This document shows, one piece after another, positions 26,844 through 36,894 of a stretch of 50,592 bases of DNA. The notes under the pieces are model-generated. The model was not told where the DNA came from. It did no database searches and saw nothing but the letters and a program-made list of their open reading frames with translations. The first letter of the stretch is position 1; each line of letters begins with the position of its first letter. Where the stretch lies: NCBI GenBank assembly GCA_964594835.1, contig CAZQNA010000009.1, forward strand, positions 1 to 50,592. Direction: 5' to 3'. The stretch is from an uncultured Nitrososphaerota archaeon. GTDB lineage: Archaea > Korarchaeota > Korarchaeia > Korarchaeales > Korarchaeaceae. Made by a program: the position numbers and the translations under genes.

Positions 26844-27266
26844 TTGTCGACGAGAGAGGAGTACTTGGAGATGCTCAGGGTGGCCCGCGAGAGGCTCCCC
26901 AAGGGCGTCGTCGTCAGCGGTGAGAGGTTCACGCCCCCCACCCCCGTGGTGGTCATAGAGGGGAGGCAGACCCACCTGATCAACTTCAAGGAGATCTGCG
27001 ACGCCCTCAACAGGGACCCGAAGCTCGTGGCCCGGTACCTGTCGAGGGAGCTGGGAAGCCCGTACATGATGACCGGGGGAGGGAAGCTGATACTCTCTAG
27101 GAGGATAGACCCGCAGCTTGTCGACGCCAGGGTGAAGAGGTTCATAGAGAGGTACGTGATCTGCCCCATATGCGGGAGGCCGGACACCAAGCTCGTCAAG
27201 GTGAAGAGGACCCTGGTACTGAAGTGCCTGGCCTGCGGGGCCGAGACACCGGTCCCCAAGGTCTGA
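26844..27266 (+). CDS. eif2b: Translation initiation factor 2 subunit beta
   Basis: ERF, NFKEICDALNRDP, YVICPICGRPDT, CLACGA; SD-led TTG 26844. Confidence 0.95.
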   Translation: MSTREEYLEMLRVARERLPKGVVVSGERFTPPTPVVVIEGRQTHLINFKEICDALNRDPKLVARYLSRELGSPYMMTGGGKLILSRRIDPQLVDARVKRFIERYVICPICGRPDTKLVKVKRTLVLKCLACGAETPVPKV

Positions 27267-27351
27267 GGGAATATTTTAGAAGGCGGCGTTTATCTTGCCA
27301 TCGCGGAGGAGGGGTAAGAGGAAGAGAACCTTCCGGCGGAGGAGGAGACCC

Positions 27352-27699
27352 ATGTCAAAGAGGTCCTCAAAGCCCGAGAGTTCTCTGGATGCCGAGATGG
27401 AGGAGCTCCTGCCAGCCGACGAGGAGCTTGAGGTGTTCGGCCGAGTGCTGGACCCGGTGGGCAAGGGGCACTTTAGGGTGGAGTGCGCCGACGGCGTCGT
27501 GAGGATCGCCAGGGTCAGGGGGAAGCTCAGGGGGAAGAGGCACTGGATAAGGAGGGGGGACATAGTGCTGGTCTCCGTCTGGCCGTTCAAGAAGGACAGG
27601 GGGGACATAGTGGTCAGGTACAACCGGCAGCAGGTTGAGTGGCTCATTGAGAAGGGATACCTCGAAAGGTCCTGGGCGATGATGGAGGATGTCCTCTGA
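27352..27699 (+). CDS. eif1a: Translation initiation factor 1A
   Basis: VECADG, RGKLR, WIRRGDIVLV, GDIVVRY. Confidence 0.95.
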   Translation: MSKRSSKPESSLDAEMEELLPADEELEVFGRVLDPVGKGHFRVECADGVVRIARVRGKLRGKRHWIRRGDIVLVSVWPFKKDRGDIVVRYNRQQVEWLIEKGYLERSWAMMEDVL

Positions 27700-28501
27700 G
27701 CCCGATGAGGGCTACGAGGAGATAGAGAGAAGACTGGAGAGGATGATGGAGGAAGAGCGGGCCAAGCGGGGGAAGCGCCTCAAGGACGAGGAGTACTACA
27801 AGGTCCGCCAGTTAGTTTTCGATACCAGGACCGTCAGAGCCCTCATAAAACTGTTTAATAAGGGCGTGATTAGGGACATAACCTGGATCGTGAGTGCGGG
27901 AAAGGAGGCCGTCGTGATGGCCGGGGCCGGGCCCGAGGGCGACGTGGCCGTGAAGGTGTACAGGATCGCGACCGCGAACTTCAGGAGGTACCTAGACTAC
28001 ATAGTCGGGGACTACCGCTTCGTCCCAGTGAGGGACAGAGGCCGCCTGATAAGGCTGTGGGCGAAGAAGGAGTACAGGAACCTCCTCCGCCTTCACGAGG
28101 CTGGGGTCTCCGTCCCCCGGCCGCTGGCCGTTGCGGGGAACGTGCTGGTGATGGAGTTCATAGGGGACGGGGGGTTCCCGGCCCCCCTCCTCAAGGAGGT
28201 GAGGGCGCTCCCCGACCCAAGTTCGACCCTCGAGGCCGTACTGTCCGACGTGAGGCGGGCCTTCCTCGACGCAGAGCTGGTCCACGGCGATCTCAGCGAG
28301 TACAACATCATGTACTGGAGGGAGAGACACTGGATAATCGACGTCTCCCAGGCGGTCGTCACCCTGCACCCCATGGCCGAGGCCCTCCTCAGGAGGGACG
28401 TCGAGAGGGTGATTCGCTTCTTCTCGTCGAGGTTCGGGGTGAGGGGGCCCGATCCCTGGGAATTCGTTGACGGGCTGATCAGGGAAGGCGGGGCGGGGTG
28501 A
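27689..28501 (+). CDS. rio1: Rio1 serine kinase
   Basis: SAGKEA, AVKVY, WAKKEYRNL, LVHGDLSEYNI, IIDVSQAV. Confidence 0.93.
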   Translation: MSSEPDEGYEEIERRLERMMEEERAKRGKRLKDEEYYKVRQLVFDTRTVRALIKLFNKGVIRDITWIVSAGKEAVVMAGAGPEGDVAVKVYRIATANFRRYLDYIVGDYRFVPVRDRGRLIRLWAKKEYRNLLRLHEAGVSVPRPLAVAGNVLVMEFIGDGGFPAPLLKEVRALPDPSSTLEAVLSDVRRAFLDAELVHGDLSEYNIMYWRERHWIIDVSQAVVTLHPMAEALLRRDVERVIRFFSSRFGVRGPDPWEFVDGLIREGGAG

Positions 28502-29136
28502 CTCCCTTGAGCGTCGAGATGAGGGTGAAGATCCCAAAGAGCAGGGTCGGGGTCCTGATAGGTAGGAGGGGCGCGACCAGGAGGTACCTCGAGAGGGCGA
28601 CGGGGGCCAGGATATCCGTCGACAGCGGAACTGGGGAGGTCACGATAACCTTCGAGAAGCCCCCGGAGGACCCCCTCATGCCTCACAAGCTTCAGTCCAT
28701 CATTCAGGCCATCGGGAGGGGCTTCTCCCCCGAGAAGGCCCTGAAGCTGCTGAGCGACGACTACGTCCTGGAGATCGTGGACCTCCGAGACTACGTGGGA
28801 CCGAGCAAGAACGCCCTGCAGAGGATCAGGGGGAGGCTCATAGGGGAGGGGGGGAAGGCGCGGCTCTACATCGAGAGCCGCACGGGTACCGACATATCAA
28901 TATACGGCCACACGGCGGCCATCATCGGAAGGTACTACGACGTCATCCCCGCCAAGGAGGCGATCGTCTCCCTCGCCTCTGGCTCCAGGCACTCCACGGC
29001 CTACCGCAGGATGGAGAAGAAGATGGCCGAGATGAGGGAGAGGGAAGCCCTGGAGCAGATGATGATCCTGAGGGAGGCGCGGGCCGGGCGGAGGATGGAG
29101 GAGAGTGAGGAGGGTGAAGAATGGGAGGAGAGCTAA
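28498..29136 (+). CDS. KH-domain ribosome biogenesis protein (Pno1/Dim2/Krr1-like)
   Basis: RVGVLIG, AIGRGFSPEKA, RIRGRLIGEGGK. Confidence 0.9.
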   Translation: MTPLSVEMRVKIPKSRVGVLIGRRGATRRYLERATGARISVDSGTGEVTITFEKPPEDPLMPHKLQSIIQAIGRGFSPEKALKLLSDDYVLEIVDLRDYVGPSKNALQRIRGRLIGEGGKARLYIESRTGTDISIYGHTAAIIGRYYDVIPAKEAIVSLASGSRHSTAYRRMEKKMAEMREREALEQMMILREARAGRRMEESEEGEEWEES

Positions 29137-30689
29137 AGGAACTCGAGCAGATTAGTGCTGCCGATTTCTTCTATCGCAACAGGTCCCTAGCGGGCTTCGA
29201 CAACCCCGTGAGGGCGACCTACACCACGGTGAGGGAGCTCGTTGAGAACGCGCTCGACGCCAGCGAGCTGGCCGGCAGGCCCCCGAAGGTCATGCTCACG
29301 ATGGAGGAGGTCGTGGACGGGCGGCTCGAGGGGACTTCCGTCTACCTGCTCAGGGTCAGGGACAACGGGATCGGGCTCGACCCCGAGGACGTCCCCGCCG
29401 CCTTCGGAAAGGTCTTCGTCAGCTCCAAGTACAAGCTGATGCAGAGCAGGGGTACGTTCGGCCTCGGAGGGACAATGGCGCTCCTGTACGGTCAGATAAC
29501 CACTAACAGGCCATTCAAGGTGATAACAGGCAGGGAGGGGTCTCCGCTCTACGAGTTCACCCTCAAGATCGACATCCAGAAGAACGAACCCGTCGTCCTA
29601 GACAGGAGGATACTGGCAGGCGTCACCAAGAGGTCAATGACCACGGTCGAACTCTACTTCGAGGGGAACTACAGGAGGGCGCGGTCGAAGATAGTCGACT
29701 ACCTCCACCAGACGGCCATAGTGACCCCCTACGCCGACATCATGTTCATCGACCCCGACGGCCTCTTCTTCCTCTTCGCCAGGACCACGGACCAGATTCC
29801 CCCTCCCCCCAAGGAGACGAAGTTTCACCCGAGGGGGATAGACTTCGAGCTGCTGAAGAGGCTCGCGGAGACCACCAGGACTAGAAAGCTCGCCGGCTTC
29901 CTGACCACCCACTTCCAGAGGGTCGGGTCGAAGACCGCGGCCGAGATCCTGGAGAGGGCGGGGCTGTCGCCTGAGCTCAACCCGCGAAGGCTCAGCGACG
30001 ACGAGCTCGAGAGGCTGTTCAGGGCCTTGGTAACCTACGACAGCTACCTGCCCCCGGACCCGAGCGTCCTCTCGCCGCTTGGGCCGAGGCTCTGGGAGGA
30101 GGGTATCAGGAAGGAATTAAGGCCGGAGTTCGTAAAGGCGGTTCAGAGGCCCCCAGCAGTCGTGGAGGGGCATCCGGTCATAGTCGAGGTGGCGATCGCC
30201 TACGGGGGGGATCTGAAGCCCGCCGGAGAGGTCCAGCTCTACAGGTTCGCCAACCGCATTCCCCTCCTGTACGACGTGAGCAGCGACGTCTCCTACCTGG
30301 TCGCCCGGCGAATAAACTGGAGCGTCTACGGGCTGAAGTCTCTCGAGGATGAGCCTATAGCACTCTTCTTCCACGTGGTGTCGACGAAGGTGCCGTTCAA
30401 GACCGTCGGAAAGGAGTTCATCGCGAACAAGCCGGAGCTCGCGAGGGAGGTCGAGCTGGGGTGGAGGGCCTGCGCCAGGGACCTCAGGATATACCTCGGC
30501 AGGAAGAGACGGGCCGCCTCCGCCGCCAGGAGGGTCGAGCTGCTCTCGAAGTACTACGCGCTGATAGCCGAGGTCCTCGAGGAGCTTACCGGCGAGAAGC
30601 CGCCCGTCGAGCAGGTCCTCGCGAGGGTGGCCAAGAAGGCGAGGGTCGAGGTCCCTCTGGAGGTGAGGAGTCGTGGCGACGGAAGCTGA
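29121..30689 (+). CDS. top6B: DNA topoisomerase VI subunit B
   Basis: ELVENALDA, DNGIG, QSRGTFGLG, RFANRIPLLY. Confidence 0.96.
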   Translation: MGGELKELEQISAADFFYRNRSLAGFDNPVRATYTTVRELVENALDASELAGRPPKVMLTMEEVVDGRLEGTSVYLLRVRDNGIGLDPEDVPAAFGKVFVSSKYKLMQSRGTFGLGGTMALLYGQITTNRPFKVITGREGSPLYEFTLKIDIQKNEPVVLDRRILAGVTKRSMTTVELYFEGNYRRARSKIVDYLHQTAIVTPYADIMFIDPDGLFFLFARTTDQIPPPPKETKFHPRGIDFELLKRLAETTRTRKLAGFLTTHFQRVGSKTAAEILERAGLSPELNPRRLSDDELERLFRALVTYDSYLPPDPSVLSPLGPRLWEEGIRKELRPEFVKAVQRPPAVVEGHPVIVEVAIAYGGDLKPAGEVQLYRFANRIPLLYDVSSDVSYLVARRINWSVYGLKSLEDEPIALFFHVVSTKVPFKTVGKEFIANKPELAREVELGWRACARDLRIYLGRKRRAASAARRVELLSKYYALIAEVLEELTGEKPPVEQVLARVAKKARVEVPLEVRSRGDGS

Positions 30690-31788
30690 GTCCATAGAGG
30701 AGATAAAGAGGCGGATACTGGAGATAGCCGAGAGCGTTGCCGAGGCCATAGGGCAGGGGGAGTTCCCCAGGCTGAGGTACCCCCCGAACTCGAAGGGGAA
30801 CATCGAGTTCAGGGAGGACATAGGGTACATCTTCAGGCCCAAGACCTTCAGCGAGATAGAGGGGGACAGGGTGAAGAGCGTCAGGACCCTAGCGGGGGTC
30901 CTCTACGGCCTCGCCAAGGCCCTCGACCACCTTGAGAACGGACTGACAATGACCAAGAGGGACTTCTACTACCTCCACAAGGTTGAGAGGCTGAAGGGGA
31001 CCCTCTTCCCGGAGGACCAGAGGGAGACCGACGCCAGGATCGTACTGATGGAGCTGATACTGGGGGCGCCGAGGGAGGCCTTCTCCATAACGAGCGATCC
31101 CAGAGGGTGGATCTACGGCGACATCGAACTAGTCGACATGACCGGGAGGACGATAAGGGCGGACAGAGTGGGTGAGATGGGGTACTCGGTCCCGCCGCGC
31201 CCCGAGAACATCAGATTCAAGAGGATCGGGGTCAAGGCCGTCGTGGCCGTCGAGAAGGTTGGTCCGGCCAAGAACATGATCGAGCTGGGCATCCCCGAGG
31301 AGTACAACCTAGCAATAGCGATACTCAAGGGGCAGGCCTCGAGGAGCATGCGCAGGTTCCTCAGGATGCTGTCGGACGAGGGGGTTCCGATAGCCATCCT
31401 GACGGACTTCTCCCCCTGGTCGCTCAGGATCGCGGCCACCGTGGTGTACAACAGCATAAGCTCGGCCCACATCCCGTACCTCGCTGCGCCCGAGGCGAGG
31501 TTCATAGGGATAATGGCGGAGGACGTGGAGACGGGGTTCTTCAGGGACTACCAGTTCGCCCTCGAGCCGCTCACGCAGGCCGACCTGAAGGCGGCCATGG
31601 ACAACGTCCACCTGCCGAACCTGCAGCATCCGTTCTGGCAGAGGGAGAACGAGTGGTTCCTGAAGAACAAGAAGAAGGCAGAGCTGGAGATCTTCAAGGC
31701 CATGAGCCCGTCTGCCAAGGAACTCAGGGAGCTGTTCGTCAGCTACCTCAGGGAGAAGCTGAGTGACAGGCTCGGCGTGTCCATCTGA
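30673..31788 (+). CDS. top6A: DNA topoisomerase VI subunit A
   Basis: TKRDFYY catalytic Tyr, VEK, KGQ, KKAE; follows top6B. Confidence 0.92.
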   Translation: MATEAESIEEIKRRILEIAESVAEAIGQGEFPRLRYPPNSKGNIEFREDIGYIFRPKTFSEIEGDRVKSVRTLAGVLYGLAKALDHLENGLTMTKRDFYYLHKVERLKGTLFPEDQRETDARIVLMELILGAPREAFSITSDPRGWIYGDIELVDMTGRTIRADRVGEMGYSVPPRPENIRFKRIGVKAVVAVEKVGPAKNMIELGIPEEYNLAIAILKGQASRSMRRFLRMLSDEGVPIAILTDFSPWSLRIAATVVYNSISSAHIPYLAAPEARFIGIMAEDVETGFFRDYQFALEPLTQADLKAAMDNVHLPNLQHPFWQRENEWFLKNKKKAELEIFKAMSPSAKELRELFVSYLREKLSDRLGVSI

Positions 31789-31832
31789 CCCTGGCCAACC
31801 TTTATTTCCCCTTCAGGCCGAGAGACCACGGT

Positions 31833-31910
31833 GCTCCGGTGGTGTAGCCAGGCCAAGCATAGGGGCCTTTCGAGCCCCAGACCCGGGTTCAAATCCCGGC
31901 CGGAGCACCA
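31833..31910 (+). tRNA. tRNA-Glu(UUC)
   Basis: GGGGC-CT-TTC-GA-GCCCC; encoded CCA. Confidence 0.96.
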
Positions 31911-31963
31911 CCCGATCACCTCCCAACGTTTTAATACCCCTGGGGACAGAGGAGTAGGTTCGG

Positions 31964-32052
31964 GCGGGGGTAGCCAAGCCTGGTCCAAGGCGCCCGGTTC
32001 AGGACCGGGTGGGCGTAGGCCCGCGTGGGTTCAAATCCCACCCCCCGCACCA
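31964..32052 (+). tRNA. tRNA-Leu(CAG)
   Basis: CCCGG-TT-CAG-GA-CCGGG, long variable arm, encoded CCA. Confidence 0.96.
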
Positions 32053-33323
32053 CGATTCAATTCCAGGTCATTTTCGGGGTGAGCCCAGTCCCTCCTCCGA
32101 TTGTTCTATGGATCTCGAAGACTCAAAATCAATGCCTCACACCATGAGCCTCGTCCCTTAGAAGACGGTGACCTTCGGACTTGTTCCGCTTTATTCCCCT
32201 TTCTAGGCAAACTAGTCTAAATATAAGCCAATTGGTTAATGGATGGGCATTCACTTCACTGCCACAACGAAAACGAAGTTTTCGTTCTTTTTAATGGCTT
32301 CAACCTCCCTGAAACCAACCCCTTTTAGTACATTTTCATAATCTTTGAATGTCCACTTGATTCTGGGGTTCATTATAGAAGCTATTTCGGCCCACCTAGC
32401 TCCCTCCCTCTCTATTATGAAAAGGTGCTGTTCAAGTATTCCATCGACTGTTTTATCAAGCACCTCAATATGTATTACCCGTAATCCCCTCTTTTCATAT
32501 GGTGGATTGATGTTAAGCCTTCTTCGCCCCTGCCATTCTCTCTCAATGAGATCCCTGAGATCTGCCCTCTCAAGCTCGGGAGAAGGGCCAGAAAATATGA
32601 ACTTCCCACCTCTATTAAGTACGGAATACACTCCCTCGGCCGATGCCTTCAAATCACCATAGGTCCCCAGCTCATCAAAATAATCACTATATACACAGTC
32701 ATATTCACGCGTACATTCTCTACCTAACTCGTCGAACCTAGATCGAAAAAATCTTATCTTAAAACCCTGTTCTTCTGCAAGCATTGTTGCGTATTCAATG
32801 GCTACCGCACTTTGATCGGAGCCCTCAACCTCGTAACCTCCTCTTGCAAGCGCTACAGTCTTAAAGCCAAGCCCGCAAGAGGCATCCAATATAGCACTAA
32901 CGTTCAGACTGCGGAGTAAAGGAAATAACGGCCGCAGGGCTTTCTCTGTATCCTCCCAATACCGAGCCATCCATATTTCTCTCGTAAACCATAATCTCCT
33001 CCAAATTGTATCCCAGGACTCCTCCTCATTCCTACAAATATATATCCTATTAATCCCATAAGATGAAATAATACTCCTCGCCGCTTCGGATAGGGGGCCA
33101 TCTATCGTGCGGTTACCCATCTTCCTATGCCGACACTGGTTCTCACCGATCGTAGAAAAGCGATCGTCCCCCTCGGAAAACTGAGAATCCAAGGTGAAGC
33201 GGTCCACTCTCTTTCGCCGGTAGTCTTCTGCGGTTCGGTCAGGAGAAGTGGGGGGCAAAGGAGCCGCGGGCCACCTAAACCTCCCAAGACGGTGATCGCC
33301 AAGCAGATTGTGACGGTGTCGTG
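32053..33323. other. Low-GC islet between two convergent tRNA genes
   Basis: Abrupt shift to AT-rich sequence and codon usage; no mobility gene. Confidence 0.7.
32251..33120 (-). CDS. Class I SAM-dependent methyltransferase (start uncertain)
   Basis: ILDASCGLG, YEVEGSDQS, YDCV, LNRGGKFI. Confidence 0.85.
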   Translation of the reverse strand: MGNRTIDGPLSEAARSIISSYGINRIYICRNEEESWDTIWRRLWFTREIWMARYWEDTEKALRPLFPLLRSLNVSAILDASCGLGFKTVALARGGYEVEGSDQSAVAIEYATMLAEEQGFKIRFFRSRFDELGRECTREYDCVYSDYFDELGTYGDLKASAEGVYSVLNRGGKFIFSGPSPELERADLRDLIEREWQGRRRLNINPPYEKRGLRVIHIEVLDKTVDGILEQHLFIIEREGARWAEIASIMNPRIKWTFKDYENVLKGVGFREVEAIKKNENFVFVVAVK

Positions 33324-33400
33324 TGGTGCCGGGGGTGGGACTTGAACCCACGACCGCCCGGTCTTCAGCCGGGCGCTCTCCCAGTCTGAGCTACCCCGGC
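33324..33400 (-). tRNA. tRNA-Phe(GAA)
   Basis: CCCGG-CT-GAA-GA-CCGGG; encoded CCA. Confidence 0.96.
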
Positions 33401-33442
33401 ACCGGCGGGATCTTGGTGGGGGGCGAATATATGCTTGGCGCC

Positions 33443-33727
33443 TCAGTCCTTGATCCTCTCTAGGAGGCCCACCACCAAGAGGATCTGGGACCTGGTCTGC
33501 GGGGGCATGTTGATGTCGCTGATTATCTCGTTGAGCAGGGATATGGCCTTGCTGGCCCTCACGCCGTACGAGAGAGACTCGTCCCTGAGGGCATCGATGA
33601 CGTCGGTGGTGGCCTTCCTGATGTTGCGCGGAACTCCCCGGTCCTGCGATATGCGGTCCAGCATCTGGATGGCATCGGAGATGAACTTCTCATACTCGGC
33701 CTTCTTGGCCGAAGACTTCCTGGGCAT
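33443..33727 (-). CDS. UPF0147 family protein
   Basis: DRGVPRNIRKA...AISLL.EI..D.NMP..TR. Confidence 0.9.
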   Translation of the reverse strand: MPRKSSAKKAEYEKFISDAIQMLDRISQDRGVPRNIRKATTDVIDALRDESLSYGVRASKAISLLNEIISDINMPPQTRSQILLVVGLLERIKD

Positions 33728-33816
33728 CGCGAACCACCTCCCAAAACCGACTAGGGCTCAATTCAAATTGTTTGACTAATCCCTATTTAAAGTCCCCTCA
33801 GGAGCCTGAGTTGGAG

Positions 33817-34194
33817 ATGGGGAGGGGCGAGACGGAGGACAAGTCCGCCAAGCTGGCAGAGGCGCTCAAGCGAGGATGGAAAATGCTTTCCGAGACCTGC
33901 CCGAAATGCGGGTCTCCCCTCTTCCAGGCGGGGGGAGAGGTCGTCTGCGCCGTGTGTGGGACCAAGTACGTGCTGGTCTCCTCCGACGAGGAGGCCGCCG
34001 AGGCGAGGGCGATGTACTCACTGATGGCGCTGCGCGACGCTCTCGTGGGCCTAATTGACCGAAGTCTCGGGCCGCTCGAGGCCGGTGAGGTGGACTCATT
34101 GGAGATCTCAAGAATCAGGGAGGTCGTGGAGACGATCGAGGTCATCGAGAGGATCCTGCGCGACTACCGCCGGGGGGAACGACGGAGACGTTGA
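33817..34194 (+). CDS. UPF0148/SSSCA1-family Zn-ribbon protein
   Basis: LKRGWKMLSETCPKCGSPLF...CAVCG; divergent from UPF0147. Confidence 0.88.
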   Translation: MGRGETEDKSAKLAEALKRGWKMLSETCPKCGSPLFQAGGEVVCAVCGTKYVLVSSDEEAAEARAMYSLMALRDALVGLIDRSLGPLEAGEVDSLEISRIREVVETIEVIERILRDYRRGERRRR

Positions 34195-34666
34195 TCGGGA
34201 TCGGGGTCCCGGACGCCGACCTCGCCTCCTCGGCTATCATCCCGACCAGAGAGGAGGGGTCCGTCCTCGACAGGCCTCCCAGCGAGGAGAATTCAATCAG
34301 AACCCCAGCCTCCGCGGCGGAGACGGATAGGTCGTACCGGTCGTACCTGAGGGTCACGACCCTGCCCCTCTCGGTCCTGTAGTAGTACTTGACCGTCACC
34401 CTGAAGCGGAACTCCGGCAGGGGGCCCTCAGACTGAAGCGTCGCGTGGATCGCGGCCAGGGCGGCGGAGGAGTCGAACAGAAACTCCCTTCCCCCAGAGA
34501 TCCTCGAGACGACGAACTCGCGCGTGGCCCTCACGGGGGGGCCGTGCCCCGGCCTGACCACGACCCTGTCGGTGAGCCCGTTCAGCCTTGAGAGGGCTAC
34601 GAGAATGTATGATAGCAGTCTTGCCGGGCTCGTCCGCTCTCGCGTGAGCTTGAACGCGCACCTCAA
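34142..34666 (-). CDS. Hypothetical protein coupled to hef
   Basis: TTGA overlap with the hef stop; fills the gap. Confidence 0.6.
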   Translation of the reverse strand: MRCAFKLTRERTSPARLLSYILVALSRLNGLTDRVVVRPGHGPPVRATREFVVSRISGGREFLFDSSAALAAIHATLQSEGPLPEFRFRVTVKYYYRTERGRVVTLRYDRYDLSVSAAEAGVLIEFSSLGGLSRTDPSSLVGMIAEEARSASGTPIPINVSVVPPGGSRAGSSR

Positions 34667-36882
34667 GCCGATTCACCCTCTTCGGGGCTGTAGGCCCTCC
34701 TGACGAAGTCGTGGAGGAACTCGGCGAGCTTGGGCCCTACACCCCTCACCTCCATGAGCTGCTCCCTCTCGGCATTAAACACATTCCTCAGCGTTCCGAA
34801 CTTCGCAAGCAGCTTCTTTGCGGTCTCAGGACCGATGCCCGGGATGGAGGCAAGGACCCGCTCCATGTCCTCCTCGAGGGTCCTCGCGGGGGACCTCCTG
34901 AGGGCTACCCTCCTCTTCCTCTCAATCTGCTCCCTTCTGGCCATCAGCCTCAGGATCTCGGCTGAGTCCCGGGCGTTCCGAGCCCAGATGACGGAGATCC
35001 CAGAGAGCAGTAGGGAGGACACGAGTCCCATGAGGGACCTCGGGCTCACCCCGCGGCCCGGGGGGCGGTAGGGGTCCCTCCCCTCGATCAGGAGTATCGG
35101 GAACTCGTACGCCTCCCTGAGGCGGTGAATCTGGTCGAACACCCTCCCGTCGACCAGGGAGGCGGCGAGGTCGTCCACGGTCTTCCTCTCGACCGCGACC
35201 CTGTCGCTGAGGACGAAGTCCCCGACCTCAAGGCGGGAGACCGAGATCTTGACATCCTGCATCATGGTGAGTTGAGAGACCACCTCGCTCTGGAGTTCCC
35301 TTGAGTCGACGATTATCGTCACGGTCTCCCCGCTCCTCTCGGCCGACGACGAGCCAGGCGGGCTTGTGAAGGCCGTTATGTCCAGGGGCGTGCAGCCGGA
35401 CCCGGCCGACCTTTCCCCGCGTAGGGCCTTCCTGAGCGCGCCCTCCTCGGCCTCTCGGGTCAGGAGGACGACTACCTCACCGGGCCTCCCCCTGCCCACC
35501 CTCCCCTTCCTCTGTACGTGCCTTATCGCCGAGGGCACGGGGTCGTAGAAGACCACGAGGTCGACGTCCGGTATGTCCAGCCCCTCCTCCGCAACGCTGG
35601 TCGCGACGAGCACGTTGTAGACCCCCCTGGAGAAGTCCTCGAGTACTCTCCGCTGCTCGGTCTGGGTCATCCCCCTCTCCCCGGACCGCGAGGCCTGCCC
35701 GTAGAACTTGGCGGGGCTGATGCCCTCCAGCTCGCTGAGTTCTCTGCGTATCAGATTCGCCGTGTCCCTGAGTGACACGAAGACTATGGCCCTGAACTCC
35801 GGTTTTAGAGAGGTCCAATCGCTCAGGATCCTCTTGAGGATCGAGAGCTTGGGGTGCGGGGTGGGCTCCGAGAGGAGGGACTGGAGCTTCCTTACGGAGG
35901 GGAGGTCCAGGAGCATCCTGTCGGACCTCCCCCTCCTTGGGGCGGTGGCCACCCTCTCCAGATAGGCCAGGGCCTGATCGGGCCCCTGACCCGCGAGGAT
36001 GTCCATCAGGTGCCTCAGCTTGATCGCCAGGGCCACCCTCGCCAGGGCCGACCTCAAGTCTGGCCCTCCCTCAGTGGACAGGCGCGACCTGAGCGTGAGG
36101 AGCTCCCTCAGGGGGATCCTGTAGTCAGGGCTCCCTGAGAGATATCCCTCGGCGGCCAGATCTCGAACGATCAGCGTCAAATCGGCCCTCAGGAGCTCTA
36201 GAGCGGCCTGAACTCTGTCTGGGAGGTCCACTCTAATCACCCTGGTCCTGATCGAGGTAAGGTAGGGCCTGACGTCTGGGCTATCCCGCGTCCTGACCAG
36301 CACCTCCCTGATGCCGAGCGTGCGGATCACCTCCCTGAGTCGACCGGTCCCGGCGCCCGGGGTGGCGGTCAGGGCCAGTATCAGGCCTTCGCTGGCGGAT
36401 GAGAGGTACGCTCGAGCGATCTTGACGTAGGGATACGCGCCGACCGCCCTGTGGGCCTCGTCGAAGACCACCAGGACGAACCGAGCGAGGTCGAGGGCCC
36501 CCGAGACCAGATCGTTCCACGCCGTGTGTGGGGTCGCGAAGAAGAGCCTGGCCCCCGACTGCCAGGCCGACCTCCGACGGGCCGGGGGGACGTCCCCGGT
36601 GATGAGGCGGAACTCCCCCTCGCCGAGCGCCATGAGCCTGCGGAACGTGTCCAGGTGCTGGGCCGCCAGGGGTCTGGTGGGCGCGAGGACGAGGACCTTG
36701 CCGTCGGGCCTCTGCTTAAGCCTCTCGGCGGCCACGAGCACCGCTATGACCGTCTTTCCGAGGCCGGTGGGAAGGGAGATGAGCGTGTTTCCCCTGAGGG
36801 CCCTCTTAGCTAGCTCAACCTGGTACTCCCGGTACTCCAGCGCTTCGGGGTTGACGAGGGGCGCTCCGAGGGGTGTGGGCAC
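34663..36882 (-). CDS. hef: Hef helicase-nuclease (FANCM-like SF2 helicase + XPF/ERCC4 + HhH)
   Basis: PTGLGKT, DEAH, TAT, QRKGRVGR, VDSRE, GDF, ERKT, IPGIG. Confidence 0.95.
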   Translation of the reverse strand: MPTPLGAPLVNPEALEYREYQVELAKRALRGNTLISLPTGLGKTVIAVLVAAERLKQRPDGKVLVLAPTRPLAAQHLDTFRRLMALGEGEFRLITGDVPPARRRSAWQSGARLFFATPHTAWNDLVSGALDLARFVLVVFDEAHRAVGAYPYVKIARAYLSSASEGLILALTATPGAGTGRLREVIRTLGIREVLVRTRDSPDVRPYLTSIRTRVIRVDLPDRVQAALELLRADLTLIVRDLAAEGYLSGSPDYRIPLRELLTLRSRLSTEGGPDLRSALARVALAIKLRHLMDILAGQGPDQALAYLERVATAPRRGRSDRMLLDLPSVRKLQSLLSEPTPHPKLSILKRILSDWTSLKPEFRAIVFVSLRDTANLIRRELSELEGISPAKFYGQASRSGERGMTQTEQRRVLEDFSRGVYNVLVATSVAEEGLDIPDVDLVVFYDPVPSAIRHVQRKGRVGRGRPGEVVVLLTREAEEGALRKALRGERSAGSGCTPLDITAFTSPPGSSSAERSGETVTIIVDSRELQSEVVSQLTMMQDVKISVSRLEVGDFVLSDRVAVERKTVDDLAASLVDGRVFDQIHRLREAYEFPILLIEGRDPYRPPGRGVSPRSLMGLVSSLLLSGISVIWARNARDSAEILRLMARREQIERKRRVALRRSPARTLEEDMERVLASIPGIGPETAKKLLAKFGTLRNVFNAEREQLMEVRGVGPKLAEFLHDFVRRAYSPEEGESA

Positions 36883-36894
36883 CGTCCCCCAGAC

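Noticed and set aside
27295-27351. Arg-rich N-terminal extension of aIF1A
   Set aside because: ATG 27352 has a good GGAGGAG SD; the extension is probably purine-rich leader
33127-33345. 72-aa ORF in the low-GC islet
   Set aside because: Runs antisense into tRNA-Phe and has no recognisable motif
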